A stretch of 53,162 bases of DNA from a virus. Lineage: Duplodnaviria > Caudoviricetes. Every line of letters begins with the position of its first letter. Position 1 is the stretch's first letter. The position numbers and the translations under genes are program-made. The notes beneath the pieces are model-generated. The model saw only the letters and a program-made list of their open reading frames with translations. It made no database searches and was not told the origin of the DNA. This document shows positions 7,652-16,479 of the stretch, one piece after another. Where the stretch lies: IMG/VR virus record IMGVR_UViG_3300036766_000094, positions 1 through 53,162 of that record, one strand, 5' to 3'.

Positions 7652-8545
7652 TTAACTGCTAGGAACCGACAAATCTCTAATTTCTTTTAACATGACAGAT
7701 ATGTTAGGACCATTTGGATACTTCAATTTATGTGCGGCTGAACCGTCTGGAATCACATCTGTAAACAATCCAGCATTACGAGATGAAGCCAGGAACTCTC
7801 CATCTCCTTGAGTATATAGGCGAAATACACCAAAACCAACCCTTTTCATGTACCAAACATTACTGAAGGCTTGTGTTATGTTGTCAGGTTGTGCTCTCCC
7901 TGTTACGGCGGGGCGTATTCCATTGTAATCCTCAACACCTGTAGCTTTGTTTTTGGCATACATAAGCCTTTCGTGAGCTGTGACGATTAAGGTCTTGTTA
8001 TACTTCTTACAATTGGAAATAAGCAAATCAATAAGCTGTTGTACTAAACTCATCTCTGTACCATAATCTTGAATTGCAGGTAATAAGGCGTTCAACTTCT
8101 CTACGATGTTAATCTTCGTTTGGGACTTTCTAGTAGTAGCATTTACATCTAGGGCTTTCAACAAGCTAGCTCTACTTAATGTAGTTAAACTATCAATTGA
8201 AACGAAATCAAATTCATCAATATAATTTTTGAATGCGTAATCTAACACATGATAAATCTTATCATACACTTGAGATTCTGTTGGGATGTGAAAACCTTCT
8301 TGAGCTAGTTCTTCAAAAATTTCAATGACAAAAGGATTGACAACTCCATAGCTTTTCTTGAACCACGGAGATTGGGCTACAGCGTAGCCGTCTGCGTCTA
8401 AACAAATCCAAAGATTTCTATTTCCAAGCGTAGCAATTTGTACAGACTTGCCAGCTTTGGAGCCGTAGATTAATACTGAGGTTGATTGTGCTTCTTTCTT
8501 ATCGCTTAAACGTTGGAACATAGAATTTACGTCTGGCGTTGACAC
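7652..8545 (-). CDS. AAA_24/Sak4-like ATPase (recombination)
   Basis: LIYGSKAGKS P-loop, VSIDSLT Walker B, IVTAHE; exo-ATPase-SSB order. Confidence 0.8.
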   Translation of the reverse strand: MSTPDVNSMFQRLSDKKEAQSTSVLIYGSKAGKSVQIATLGNRNLWICLDADGYAVAQSPWFKKSYGVVNPFVIEIFEELAQEGFHIPTESQVYDKIYHVLDYAFKNYIDEFDFVSIDSLTTLSRASLLKALDVNATTRKSQTKINIVEKLNALLPAIQDYGTEMSLVQQLIDLLISNCKKYNKTLIVTAHERLMYAKNKATGVEDYNGIRPAVTGRAQPDNITQAFSNVWYMKRVGFGVFRLYTQGDGEFLASSRNAGLFTDVIPDGSAAHKLKYPNGPNISVMLKEIRDLSVPSS

Positions 8546-9511
8546 TTAGTCCTCTTCACCAATTGATGTAAAATCCCAAGGCTTACGAATAAATTCCGTT
8601 TGTAAAGAACTTTTAATTCCTTCTTCGGAAGCGCTACAACAAGTCTTTCTAAATGGACAACGATAACAAGACTTCTCATTCATGGGCCAAACATCTGTTT
8701 CACGACAACGTTCTAGCGATTTATGATACTCAATTTGTTCTTTCTCCCACATTTCCAATTGCCAAGCGGAACGTGTTGTTAAGAATTGTTTCAAATATGG
8801 GCCTGGATTTGGTTTATTAGAACCGTCTCCAATGTCTGTTTTGTTGTTAGCAATAACTAAAACAAATTGCCCTAGTACAACTTCTCCATGATTCTTGCCT
8901 TGAATGTATGTATAACGAGAGAATTGGTCGTTTGGTTCTAATGATCTTTCAAAATACTTTAACTTTTGACTAGTTGTTTTGAAGTCGCGGCCTACTAATC
9001 TTCCATTCCATCTAACTATTTGGTCGGAACGCCCACCAATTGTATTACCGTCTGGAAGAACTGTGTTGATAATTTGTTCAGAAGCAATTACTTCTACTTT
9101 ACCTAATTTCTGTTCTTCGACGAAGAAATCTATTAACAATTTACATGAGAGAATTAGACGTTGTAATGATAAGAAATCATACTTGGCTCCAGGTTGAATC
9201 ATCAATGGACTGATGTTCTTATTATGATAATCCATTGCAGCTTTGAATGCTAGTTTATTACGAGCGTCTACTGGAAGATCTATATTCTTAAACCACAATT
9301 CTACGCACAAATGAAGAGCGCTTCCAAATGCAAAATACGGTGGAGACTCCCTGTCTGCAAAACCAAGAACCATTCGATAGAAATACTTTCTAGGACACGT
9401 TTTGTATTCATTCAAGGCACTAGAATCTATCATTATTGGTTCACATCTAGGTAAATCCTTTAAGAATGTTATGTTTTTATGTTCTTTAAATTGGTTCAAC
9501 TTCTCCTCCAA
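8546..9511 (-). CDS. PD-(D/E)XK Cas4/RecB-like exonuclease
   Basis: CPRKYFY, FGSALH, GRSD, DFKT and C-terminal CxxCP.R..C. Confidence 0.88.
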   Translation of the reverse strand: MEEKLNQFKEHKNITFLKDLPRCEPIMIDSSALNEYKTCPRKYFYRMVLGFADRESPPYFAFGSALHLCVELWFKNIDLPVDARNKLAFKAAMDYHNKNISPLMIQPGAKYDFLSLQRLILSCKLLIDFFVEEQKLGKVEVIASEQIINTVLPDGNTIGGRSDQIVRWNGRLVGRDFKTTSQKLKYFERSLEPNDQFSRYTYIQGKNHGEVVLGQFVLVIANNKTDIGDGSNKPNPGPYLKQFLTTRSAWQLEMWEKEQIEYHKSLERCRETDVWPMNEKSCYRCPFRKTCCSASEEGIKSSLQTEFIRKPWDFTSIGEED

Positions 9512-9885
9512 ATTACATTTAAGTATTCTTGAACACGTGGGTGATTTATGTTGTATTCATTATCAAACTTAGATGAACCTAACCATTGATTACAAAGATT
9601 TATGTACTTTACACGGAGCCTTTTTGCATTATACTTTGTAATGTACGTTAATATCAAGAATTCATAAATTGTATGAATAATTGCATGACAATTTCTACAA
9701 ATCTTTACACAGTGAAAAAATCGTCTGTAATTACGCCTAATTGAATGATTATAACGGCCTAATAATCTGTCATTTCCTTTGTGGTGTCGAATTATATCTG
9801 TTGTACTACTACACTTAGCACAACGTTTTATTGTTATTGTACTTAAATCAAACTTCTGCTTCTCCTTCTTCTTCATAATTAGCAT
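9496..9885 (-). CDS. HNH endonuclease
   Basis: CAKC...RHH...CRNCHAIIH. Confidence 0.7.
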   Translation of the reverse strand: MLIMKKKEKQKFDLSTITIKRCAKCSSTTDIIRHHKGNDRLLGRYNHSIRRNYRRFFHCVKICRNCHAIIHTIYEFLILTYITKYNAKRLRVKYINLCNQWLGSSKFDNEYNINHPRVQEYLNVIWRRS

Positions 9886-10102
9886 CTACACTTCCAGATG
9901 TGATAGATTTCTTAAGTTCTGCTGCACCAATCTCAGCTAGTTCTACTGGAGTGTGTTGGTGTGTTTTCCTGAACGCGGCTAGTAGCAATCCCATAATTCT
10001 ACTGAAATTGCGTTTGCCATAAGCTATTTCAGCCCATTTTACGTCGGATTCTGGTAAATCAATATAACGTCTTAATGTTCCAGCTTTAAGGGTTGCGCTC
10101 AT
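9848..10102 (-). CDS. small hypothetical protein, possibly ribbon-helix-helix DNA binder
   Basis: RRYIDLPE strand followed by two predicted helices; weak. Confidence 0.5.
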   Translation of the reverse strand: MSATLKAGTLRRYIDLPESDVKWAEIAYGKRNFSRIMGLLLAAFRKTHQHTPVELAEIGAAELKKSITSGSVDANYEEEGEAEV

Positions 10103-10233
10103 TTATTGTTATTGCCATCCATGATGAGTAATATAGTGTAAACGCCACACTAATCTAGTCCAAAATGGTACTTCTTTCCATCCGTTCCAACAATGAGAGC
10201 AGCTACAAAAATCATAGCATGGGCCAATATCAA

Positions 10234-10797
10234 TCATTTTGGTTCCCAAGCCAAATTATCTTTATCTTCAATAGTTATGGTGATACCGGCTTCTTCTTGA
10301 TTTATGATAAACAAATTATTCTTCTTACAATACTCATAAAGTTGTTTCATTTGAACATCGTTTAGTACAACTTGTGGAAAGTATACTTCTTTTGGATTGT
10401 TTTGCACAAGAAACCCAACAATCTGTTCAACAGACAAGGCTTCTTCCAGTATTTGCTTTCCCATTCTAAGAGCTTTTTGTGATTCTCTTTCGATAGGTGT
10501 TCTTGCTCTTGGTTTGACAATTAACCATTCATTTTGTGTACAAATTTTGAAGGTTAATGTTAAGTCTTTGTATTGTTCATAACCCTTTACCTTGCTACAA
10601 AACATAATAGCTGTCCGTAACGCACGAGCTAAAGTTTGAGCATTAGTTTCAACTTTCCACTTTAATTCCTGCGTCCGGTTTGCATTCATCGCCTCCAGAT
10701 ATGGAAGCAGGCGTTGTATCAAAAGTTCTCTTGTCGTCATAATATCCAACGCCTTTATTTCCAATAGAGTGATATTGTAATAGCTTAAGAGCTTCAT
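10234..10797 (-). CDS. hypothetical protein (start probably MTTRELL at 10740)
   Basis: Long ORF in the minus-strand operon. Confidence 0.65.
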   Translation of the reverse strand: MKLLSYYNITLLEIKALDIMTTRELLIQRLLPYLEAMNANRTQELKWKVETNAQTLARALRTAIMFCSKVKGYEQYKDLTLTFKICTQNEWLIVKPRARTPIERESQKALRMGKQILEEALSVEQIVGFLVQNNPKEVYFPQVVLNDVQMKQLYEYCKKNNLFIINQEEAGITITIEDKDNLAWEPK

Positions 10798-10987
10798 TCA
10801 TTGAATTGATTGCGTCTTGTTCTACTAACTTTATCATTGTTTTGTAAGCCGATTTGATATTAACATTATCTTCATTGTGTTCTCTGTCTTCTAACCAATG
10901 CTTCAAATCTCGTATTCGTACAACCTCATCGAATACTCGGATAATCTGCCACAAGCCTGGTGCGTTTGTAGTAGTTACTTGGATCAT
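10649..10987 (-). CDS. hypothetical protein
   Basis: ATGA overlap with the upstream gene. Confidence 0.55.
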   Translation of the reverse strand: MIQVTTTNAPGLWQIIRVFDEVVRIRDLKHWLEDREHNEDNVNIKSAYKTMIKLVEQDAINSMNEALKLLQYHSIGNKGVGYYDDKRTFDTTPASISGGDECKPDAGIKVES

Positions 10988-11259
10988 TCTTTCTTCTCAA
11001 ACTCAATGAATCCATGATTAACATAATGTGCAATGTATAACCATTTTGTGATAACTTGTGCGGCTTTCATCAGTATTGGTTGTTGTAAGCTCATTAGTCC
11101 CATGTATTCAACTGCAAAACACAGTATGTCCCAATTAGTTAGTTCTTTGTTCTGTCTTAATATTAGTAATACTTTTTGAGCCCTTTGTCCAGGGTCCAAT
11201 GTAGTCTTATCTACTTCTTTCATTAACTCTTCGGTTATTTCGTTTGATTCTTCAGTCAT
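10984..11259 (-). CDS. hypothetical protein
   Basis: Packed ORF in operon. Confidence 0.6.
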   Translation of the reverse strand: MTEESNEITEELMKEVDKTTLDPGQRAQKVLLILRQNKELTNWDILCFAVEYMGLMSLQQPILMKAAQVITKWLYIAHYVNHGFIEFEKKE

Positions 11260-11485
11260 TTTCTTTAAATGAGAATGAGTTAATATGACTGGCTAATCTT
11301 TCAGCATATTGTTGGTGGAATTCCTTCAATAATGAATCCGGAACTCCAAGCCAACCAATTGGTTCATTATTATGGTCTACAAATACTCCAGTTGAGCCCA
11401 TCCTTCTTTCTACTCTAGCTGTCAGCTTCAAGCCGTTTAATGAATCCACGGCGTTCTTTGGTCTGTCCTGTTCCATATTTCTCAT
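11252..11485 (-). CDS. hypothetical protein
   Basis: Packed ORF in operon. Confidence 0.55.
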   Translation of the reverse strand: MRNMEQDRPKNAVDSLNGLKLTARVERRMGSTGVFVDHNNEPIGWLGVPDSLLKEFHQQYAERLASHINSFSFKEND

Positions 11486-11816
11486 GTTCTTTCTCTTTTA
11501 GATATGTTAAAAATGCTTGTACTAATCCGTCTGGACCGCTGTAAATTGGAATACCAGAACTAACTGTGAGCTTGTCTGCTTTAATGTCACACAGCGTTTC
11601 TAACATATCATAGATGTTAGCGGCCTTTTGTAGTCCTAGACTAATCAATAAAGCTGCACAACTAGACCAAGCTTGTAATGGACCTCCAGCTTTACCAATG
11701 TTCAGTCTAACTTCTACTGGATTGCCTTCATCATCTTCAATAATATGTACGAATAACGTACCGTCTGGTGTTTCTACTCGTACACTATATGTTTGCATTG
11801 AATCACTGATAGTCAT
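11415..11816 (-). CDS. stand-alone TSCPD-like domain (class II ribonucleotide reductase C-terminal module)
   Basis: VETPDGTLFVHI...PVEV.LNIGKAG...ISLGLQ...I.SGPD. Confidence 0.72.
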   Translation of the reverse strand: MTISDSMQTYSVRVETPDGTLFVHIIEDDEGNPVEVRLNIGKAGGPLQAWSSCAALLISLGLQKAANIYDMLETLCDIKADKLTVSSGIPIYSGPDGLVQAFLTYLKEKEHEKYGTGQTKERRGFIKRLEADS

Positions 11817-12043
11817 AAAAATGATAATTGCTTTCTTTCTTTTTCAAATTTTATTGTTTTTGTAATGGTTTCTTTGATTGTATATTGTTTGTTTGGTATT
11901 GACTTGTAAATGTAACCTTTTCTTGGTTTGAAGCCGAAAATTAATTTGAAGTCTAAAATATTGAAGTCTATAAATTCTGTAGTATGAGGCAGCGTAAGAA
12001 AAACTTGAGTGTTTACTCGTTCTAATGTAATATGAGGTCTCAT
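11813..12043 (-). CDS. hypothetical protein
   Basis: Start/stop overlaps with both neighbours. Confidence 0.5.
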   Translation of the reverse strand: MRPHITLERVNTQVFLTLPHTTEFIDFNILDFKLIFGFKPRKGYIYKSIPNKQYTIKETITKTIKFEKERKQLSFL

Positions 12044-12387
12044 TATTCAAGCTCAATTTCTGGAAGCTTAAGCTCCTCGACTTCTGCAATTTCCAACTTC
12101 TCTGGTTCTTCATCAATTATTGGCGGCTTAACATCTTCAACAACTTCCGGAATGTCTTCATCTTTATCTAGTTGATTAATTAGATTTTGCAATTCAGAAG
12201 CCGAGCTTTCAGAACGACTATTGGGCGACCAATAGCATTCATCCAAGTCGGATTCCATTTTGAATATTAGTTTATCAACGAGCGTGCGAATTACTGGCTC
12301 GCTGAATTTGGCATGAACTAAAGCGGCTTTGAGACTACCGAAGATACTATTACGGACATCTTCGTCTTTCTTTTCATCATTTGGCAT
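12043..12387 (-). CDS. acidic hypothetical protein
   Basis: AGGA RBS; Glu/Asp-rich C-terminus. Confidence 0.6.
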   Translation of the reverse strand: MPNDEKKDEDVRNSIFGSLKAALVHAKFSEPVIRTLVDKLIFKMESDLDECYWSPNSRSESSASELQNLINQLDKDEDIPEVVEDVKPPIIDEEPEKLEIAEVEELKLPEIELE

Positions 12388-12445
12388 TTAAGTATTTCCT
12401 ATTTATGATATGGTATTTCTGCGTCAGTATCATCTATTACTTTAA

Positions 12446-12916
12446 CTAACCAACCGTCGTTCTAGTGATAGTACCGCCTTGTTTGTCTAAGAAAGCATCT
12501 CGTATGATGCGTCTACCTTTATTACCAGGAAGTGGAATTTGAAAGTGCAACCAATGAGCACCATCTTTAGCGCTTTCTTCTAATATCAAATCAAAATCAA
12601 TGTCAGGATTATTACCTATTAAATGTTGCGCTGTATCAAATCCAATTCCTTGAGGTGGATGAAAGTCAAACGCACATCCTTGCATATGATAACTATTCTT
12701 AGAACCACCTACATGAGTATTTAATTCTAAACAACGATAACCACTTAGAATCTTAATAGGTTGATTGCCTAGTGAAGCTCGTATTTTTTCATATTGAATT
12801 GCTAATCTATCAAAATTGTTACGTTCGATTGGTCCTGGCAAATTCAAAATACCCAAACGTTTAGCTGTTGGGCTTTTTGTCATTTCTTCTAGAGTTAGAT
12901 TTGGACTTAAGTTCAT
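12446..12916 (-). CDS. peptidase M15A-type endolysin (Zn D-Ala-D-Ala peptidase fold)
   Basis: LSPNLTLEEM, SGYRC..LN..VGG..NS.H..G.A.D, WLH. Confidence 0.9.
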   Translation of the reverse strand: MNLSPNLTLEEMTKSPTAKRLGILNLPGPIERNNFDRLAIQYEKIRASLGNQPIKILSGYRCLELNTHVGGSKNSYHMQGCAFDFHPPQGIGFDTAQHLIGNNPDIDFDLILEESAKDGAHWLHFQIPLPGNKGRRIIRDAFLDKQGGTITRTTVG

Positions 12917-12938
12917 TTTAATTCTCCATTTTTGTGAA

Positions 12939-13021
12939 TGCCGCGAGAAGGAGTCGAACCTTCAAGCCATTTCTGGCGACGGATTTTGAGTCCGTTGCGG
13001 TTGCCTTTTCGCCACCGCGGC
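12939..13021 (-). tRNA. tRNA-Leu (anticodon CAA), no encoded CCA
   Basis: Acceptor GCCGCGG/TCGCGGC+A, anticodon arm ACGGA-CTCAAAA-TCCGT, long variable arm GCCA-GAAA-TGGC, T-arm GAAGG-TTCGACT-CCTTC. Confidence 0.95.
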
Positions 13022-13024
13022 TTT

Positions 13025-13095
13025 TTGTGGGAGGTATGCAGGGATAATCTTTCGATTATCGGCTCGTCTCCGGGATAAGTCCACGCCTCCCACAA
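13025..13095 (-). ncRNA. putative structured RNA immediately 5' of tRNA-Leu
   Basis: TTGTGGGAGG/CCTCCCACAA closing stem; internal GATAATC-GAAA-GATTATC tetraloop hairpin. Confidence 0.6.
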
Positions 13096-13102
13096 TTTTT
13101 TG

Positions 13103-13312
13103 CTAGACTGTGCCTTGTAAAGCTATTGCGGCGTTAGCTGTCATTACTGCTTCACGTATCTTCCGAATAGCCGCCGTTTGATCTGCACAAGCTGGTGTGT
13201 TAATAAGAACAACAGTTGCAAATTCCCTGGCGGCTGCTCTAATATTGTTGTACAATGGAATTTGTTCAGGCCGTGGAGAATGATATGTGAAAATCTCTTC
13301 CACGTTAATCAT
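13103..13312 (-). CDS. Acb2/Tad1-like cyclic-nucleotide sponge (anti-defence), putative
   Basis: FTYHSP..EQ..Y..IR..A...AIRKIREAVMTANAAIA helical hairpin pattern recalled for this family. Confidence 0.6.
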   Translation of the reverse strand: MINVEEIFTYHSPRPEQIPLYNNIRAAAREFATVVLINTPACADQTAAIRKIREAVMTANAAIALQGTV

Positions 13313-13566
13313 GTGGTTGTGTCCAACCTTTCAGCCTTATGAGCCAATCCTAAAGCCGCCAAAGCACCACCAATATTAGCGACGATTGTACTAATTCTAT
13401 CAGCTTGCGTTGGAGCAACTAAACCAACGGTGGCAGTTACTAGTCCAGCGTGAGCAACCGACCAAAGTATTGCCCCGGTAATCGTCTTCCAGCCACGACC
13501 CAAAAATGAAAACATTTTATTCTCCCTTTTAAATGATCCATGCATCTTCTCGCACAATGTATCCAA
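13309..13566 (-). CDS. small two-helix membrane protein, holin candidate (start probably MFSFLG)
   Basis: GWKTITGA motif, two hydrophobic segments, LGLAHK end; near the endolysin. Confidence 0.6.
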   Translation of the reverse strand: MDTLCEKMHGSFKRENKMFSFLGRGWKTITGAILWSVAHAGLVTATVGLVAPTQADRISTIVANIGGALAALGLAHKAERLDTTT

Positions 13567-13975
13567 TTAGTGCTGATGTTACGTTATATTCTCTCGCCAG
13601 CCGCCTGTAAAATCTTTTGTAGTATCCTTTTGTAAGACCACAAGCTACTACACGCCTTCTAATTTCTGTTACTTGGCTAACTGTCAACTTTGCTGAAATC
13701 CCGCGTCTTACATTTTCTTTGTGAGAAACTACTTCTAAGTGCATTGGATTGCAACAAGAGTGATTTCTGCATAGATGATCTAACTCCATTCCTTCGGGTA
13801 TAATTTCTTGAAGCGCTTCATACATAACTCTGTGTGTACGTCGTAATTTTCTATGAGATCTTATATAACCATAGCCATCTTTTGTGGCGCCTTGCCACAC
13901 CCAGCATTCGTTTTCATTAACAACGCAACGAGACTTGATAATTTCTGGTAATTGAGATTTAAAGTTAGTTTTCAT
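13529..13975 (-). CDS. HNH endonuclease (HNH_3 type)
   Basis: CWVWQG...GYG...HRV...LDHLCRN..C.NP.HL....EN. Confidence 0.92.
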   Translation of the reverse strand: MKTNFKSQLPEIIKSRCVVNENECWVWQGATKDGYGYIRSHRKLRRTHRVMYEALQEIIPEGMELDHLCRNHSCCNPMHLEVVSHKENVRRGISAKLTVSQVTEIRRRVVACGLTKGYYKRFYRRLAREYNVTSALIGYIVREDAWII

Positions 13976-15306
13976 AAATACAACATCTGTTTAACCGCTT
14001 CACTTTCAACATGAACCAGTCTTTCATTAAACACTTGTGATAATGTCATCTCCCTCATTGGAGGCTCATTTAGAGCGTGTTTGATAATTATATTAAACTC
14101 GGCTGCTATAGAAGGCCATTCTCTTAGGGTTATAACTGGGTTAGTTCTTAATCTAGACAAATTGCAAATCTTATTAACTAAATCACTAACAGATATGCGT
14201 CCGTGCATTGTGTTTACATTACTATAATGAAAACCATGTGGCTTGGTACGAATCCTAGCATCCTCTGACCAGATTTCTCTTGTTGCTGACCAATCTGGTA
14301 CTAATTGAGGTACTCCAACTTGCCAACCTTCAATTGCAGGGAGTCCCCAACCTTCACCAGTTGATGTATTAATTTGAACGTCTGCACACTTATACAACAT
14401 AAATAATTCAATTTCTGTTAGCTTATCTGTGAATATAGTAATGTTGTCATTTGTTAAATTGAGTAACTTTATCAATTGCTTCAAATCCCAACCAGTTGTT
14501 TGGTCGCCTTGCGCGTGGAGAACTAAGTGAGCATCAGGAATGAAATCCAAAACTCGGCTGAATGCTACTAATGTTAAGTCTAGGCGTTTACGAAAACTAT
14601 TCGTATTAACGTTTAGAATGATGAAAGCATCTTTAGGTAAATTGACTTGTTCACGAGCTTTTGCTTTTGTTATAATGTCTGGAACAGGATTAATTCCAAT
14701 TGGAACAACATTGATGTTAGTCTCATTCTGAAAAGCTGCTAATCTATCTAGACGAACCACTACATTATGAGCCGAATCCTTTAGACTAATTGTTCGCGTT
14801 GGTTCAGTTTCGCTCAAGCCAGGTTTCATTTCAGTTAATGCTGATTGAACACTTGCTACTAATTCTCTAGCACCAAAATGCGTTGGAGTTACTACATTAC
14901 TATGAAGACCTAAACCAAAACCATAAATCCACTTTAGATTTGGACTGTCCGGTAATGTATATATTACGGATGGTAAGTCAATTGGTTTTTTTGCTGCTAA
15001 AGGTAAAACATTCCAAACGTCTTGGATGAATAGAATTACATCTGGTTCGGTTTCTTCGAGAATATTATTGAAATAACCCAAACCCATGAAATCTTTAGAT
15101 GGATTTAACGTAGCGGGAATTACGGGAAATGTATAGTAAGCAACATCACGTTGTCCATAATAACCAATACCAGCTACAGTTAAATCGTAATAGTCCATTA
15201 AATTAGTAGCCAAACCGCGTGTGATTTTTTCAAATCCGGTGGGTTGGCCGGCATCGGCATAAATTAATAGTTTAGGCTTACTCATTATTACTCTCAAAGT
15301 AAGCAC
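13972..15306 (-). CDS. GT-B (GT4-like) glycosyltransferase; start probably MSKPKLL
   Basis: PTGF, N..RKR, ADV.IN.S.GEGWGLP.IE...GVP. Confidence 0.9.
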   Translation of the reverse strand: MLTLRVIMSKPKLLIYADAGQPTGFEKITRGLATNLMDYYDLTVAGIGYYGQRDVAYYTFPVIPATLNPSKDFMGLGYFNNILEETEPDVILFIQDVWNVLPLAAKKPIDLPSVIYTLPDSPNLKWIYGFGLGLHSNVVTPTHFGARELVASVQSALTEMKPGLSETEPTRTISLKDSAHNVVVRLDRLAAFQNETNINVVPIGINPVPDIITKAKAREQVNLPKDAFIILNVNTNSFRKRLDLTLVAFSRVLDFIPDAHLVLHAQGDQTTGWDLKQLIKLLNLTNDNITIFTDKLTEIELFMLYKCADVQINTSTGEGWGLPAIEGWQVGVPQLVPDWSATREIWSEDARIRTKPHGFHYSNVNTMHGRISVSDLVNKICNLSRLRTNPVITLREWPSIAAEFNIIIKHALNEPPMREMTLSQVFNERLVHVESEAVKQMLYL

Positions 15307-15449
15307 TTAGGATTACTGTTCCAAAGATGGCTATTAGAGCGACGATAATTATAACTAGGACTTTCATTTTGCGTTGTTCGCTTTATAGATGTTTGAAATA
15401 TTCATAGCAAAACTACAGACAAACGCGATTATAAGGCAGACCATTATTA

Positions 15450-15662
15450 TCATATCTTCGGCTTCTCAATCTTATCAATAAGTTCACAACAAGGATTGTT
15501 ACAGAATACTACTTTGGAAACTTCTGTTGGAAAACCACCTTTTGCTAAAAACTTGTTGTCTCCAATTGTACGGACTGGAACGACTAGATTCTTAGCAGCA
15601 ATTTTTATCTTGTGAGCACGTGGAGTTATTTCTAGGTGTTGTTCGATTTGGAGTAATTTCAC
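15450..15662 (-). CDS. hypothetical protein
   Basis: GTGA overlap with the upstream ORF. Confidence 0.5.
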   Translation of the reverse strand: MKLLQIEQHLEITPRAHKIKIAAKNLVVPVRTIGDNKFLAKGGFPTEVSKVVFCNNPCCELIDKIEKPKI

Positions 15663-15880
15663 ATCGTCCCTACTCTAATTTCAGATTTTGGCCTGCCAGA
15701 AAGAATTCTGTCCAGCTCTAAGCGAAATGATTCTGGATACACTACTTGTTTCTTAAATGGCCGATTTGTGTAAGCACGGAATAAGTCTCTAATATCTTCG
15801 TTTGTGATTGTATATTTAATCATTGTGCCGCGTCTAAATAAAGAGAGTCGCGGAATGAACGAGTAAACAAAGCACCACAT
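15659..15880 (-). CDS. hypothetical protein (start probably MIKYT at 15823)
   Basis: Packed ORF. Confidence 0.5.
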   Translation of the reverse strand: MWCFVYSFIPRLSLFRRGTMIKYTITNEDIRDLFRAYTNRPFKKQVVYPESFRLELDRILSGRPKSEIRVGTM

Positions 15881-16110
15881 TCAGGTCTGGCTAACAACAT
15901 GTTGATTAATTCATCTTTAGTTGTAACGTGATGGAACAAAGGATTGCAAGGAATTACTGTTGGAGCTTTGTGTAACACAAAAGGCCGCCTCGTTTGAAGA
16001 AAAGCGGCAATTGCTGTGATTACTAGAATTGTGAATAACATACCAAATAGCACTGTTATGTTGTGTTCTTTATTATTTCGTTTGACTGTAATATTAAATG
16101 GCTGAATCAT
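15820..16110 (-). CDS. single-TM hypothetical protein
   Basis: Hydrophobic stretch ITVLFGMLFTILVITAIAAFL; GGAG RBS. Confidence 0.6.
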   Translation of the reverse strand: MIQPFNITVKRNNKEHNITVLFGMLFTILVITAIAAFLQTRRPFVLHKAPTVIPCNPLFHHVTTKDELINMLLARPECGALFTRSFRDSLYLDAAQ

Positions 16111-16141
16111 ACTTAGGAACTCCGGTAGCTATTGAAGAAAA

Positions 16142-16282
16142 AAGAATCGTGTAGCACCAATCTTGTTTGCACGTAATTCTTTTGACAACAAGAGTTTGAT
16201 ATAATTGGTCCGGTTTTCAGTTGTTCCATTACGTTGGGTAGACTGAGTGGTGCCAATTACCTATGATGCTACACGAATTCTT
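16142..16282 (-). ncRNA. structured RNA unit 6: multi-stem junction with kissing loops
   Basis: Closing stem TCGTGTAGCATCA/TGGTGCTACACGA; inner stems TAATTGG/CCAATTA, TCAGT/ACTGA, TCTTGTT/AACAAGA; loops ACGTAAT and ATTACGT are complementary. Confidence 0.75.
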
Positions 16283-16292
16283 GTATTTTAGA

Positions 16293-16393
16293 TTGAGGGA
16301 GAATAACTAGACCAGTTATGCAATTTTGGTCAAGCCACGTCCACTATAGCTTATTGCACTTCACTATAGTTACTAGGTTACATTCTCCCTCAA
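16293..16393 (-). ncRNA. structured RNA unit 5: three-way junction with kissing loops
   Basis: TTGAGGGAGAAT/ATTCTCCCTCAA; hairpins ACTATAG/CTATAGT and GACCA/TGGTC; loops GTGCAAT and ATTGCAT can pair. Confidence 0.75.
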
Positions 16394-16394
16394 A

Positions 16395-16467
16395 TGACGC
16401 CCGTGGGAATTGAACCCACAACTTCCTGATTAAAAGTCAGGTACTCTACCGATTGAGTTAGAGCGTC
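16395..16467 (-). tRNA. tRNA-Lys (anticodon TTT), no encoded CCA
   Basis: GACGCTC/GGGCGTC+A, D-arm ACTC-AATCGGTA-GAGT, CCTGA-CTTTTAA-TCAGG, GTGGG-TTCAATT-CCCAC. Confidence 0.96.
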
Positions 16468-16479
16468 TTTTACTTTTGT

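Noticed and set aside
12913-13095. 60-aa ORF
   Set aside because: Overlaps tRNA-Leu entirely.
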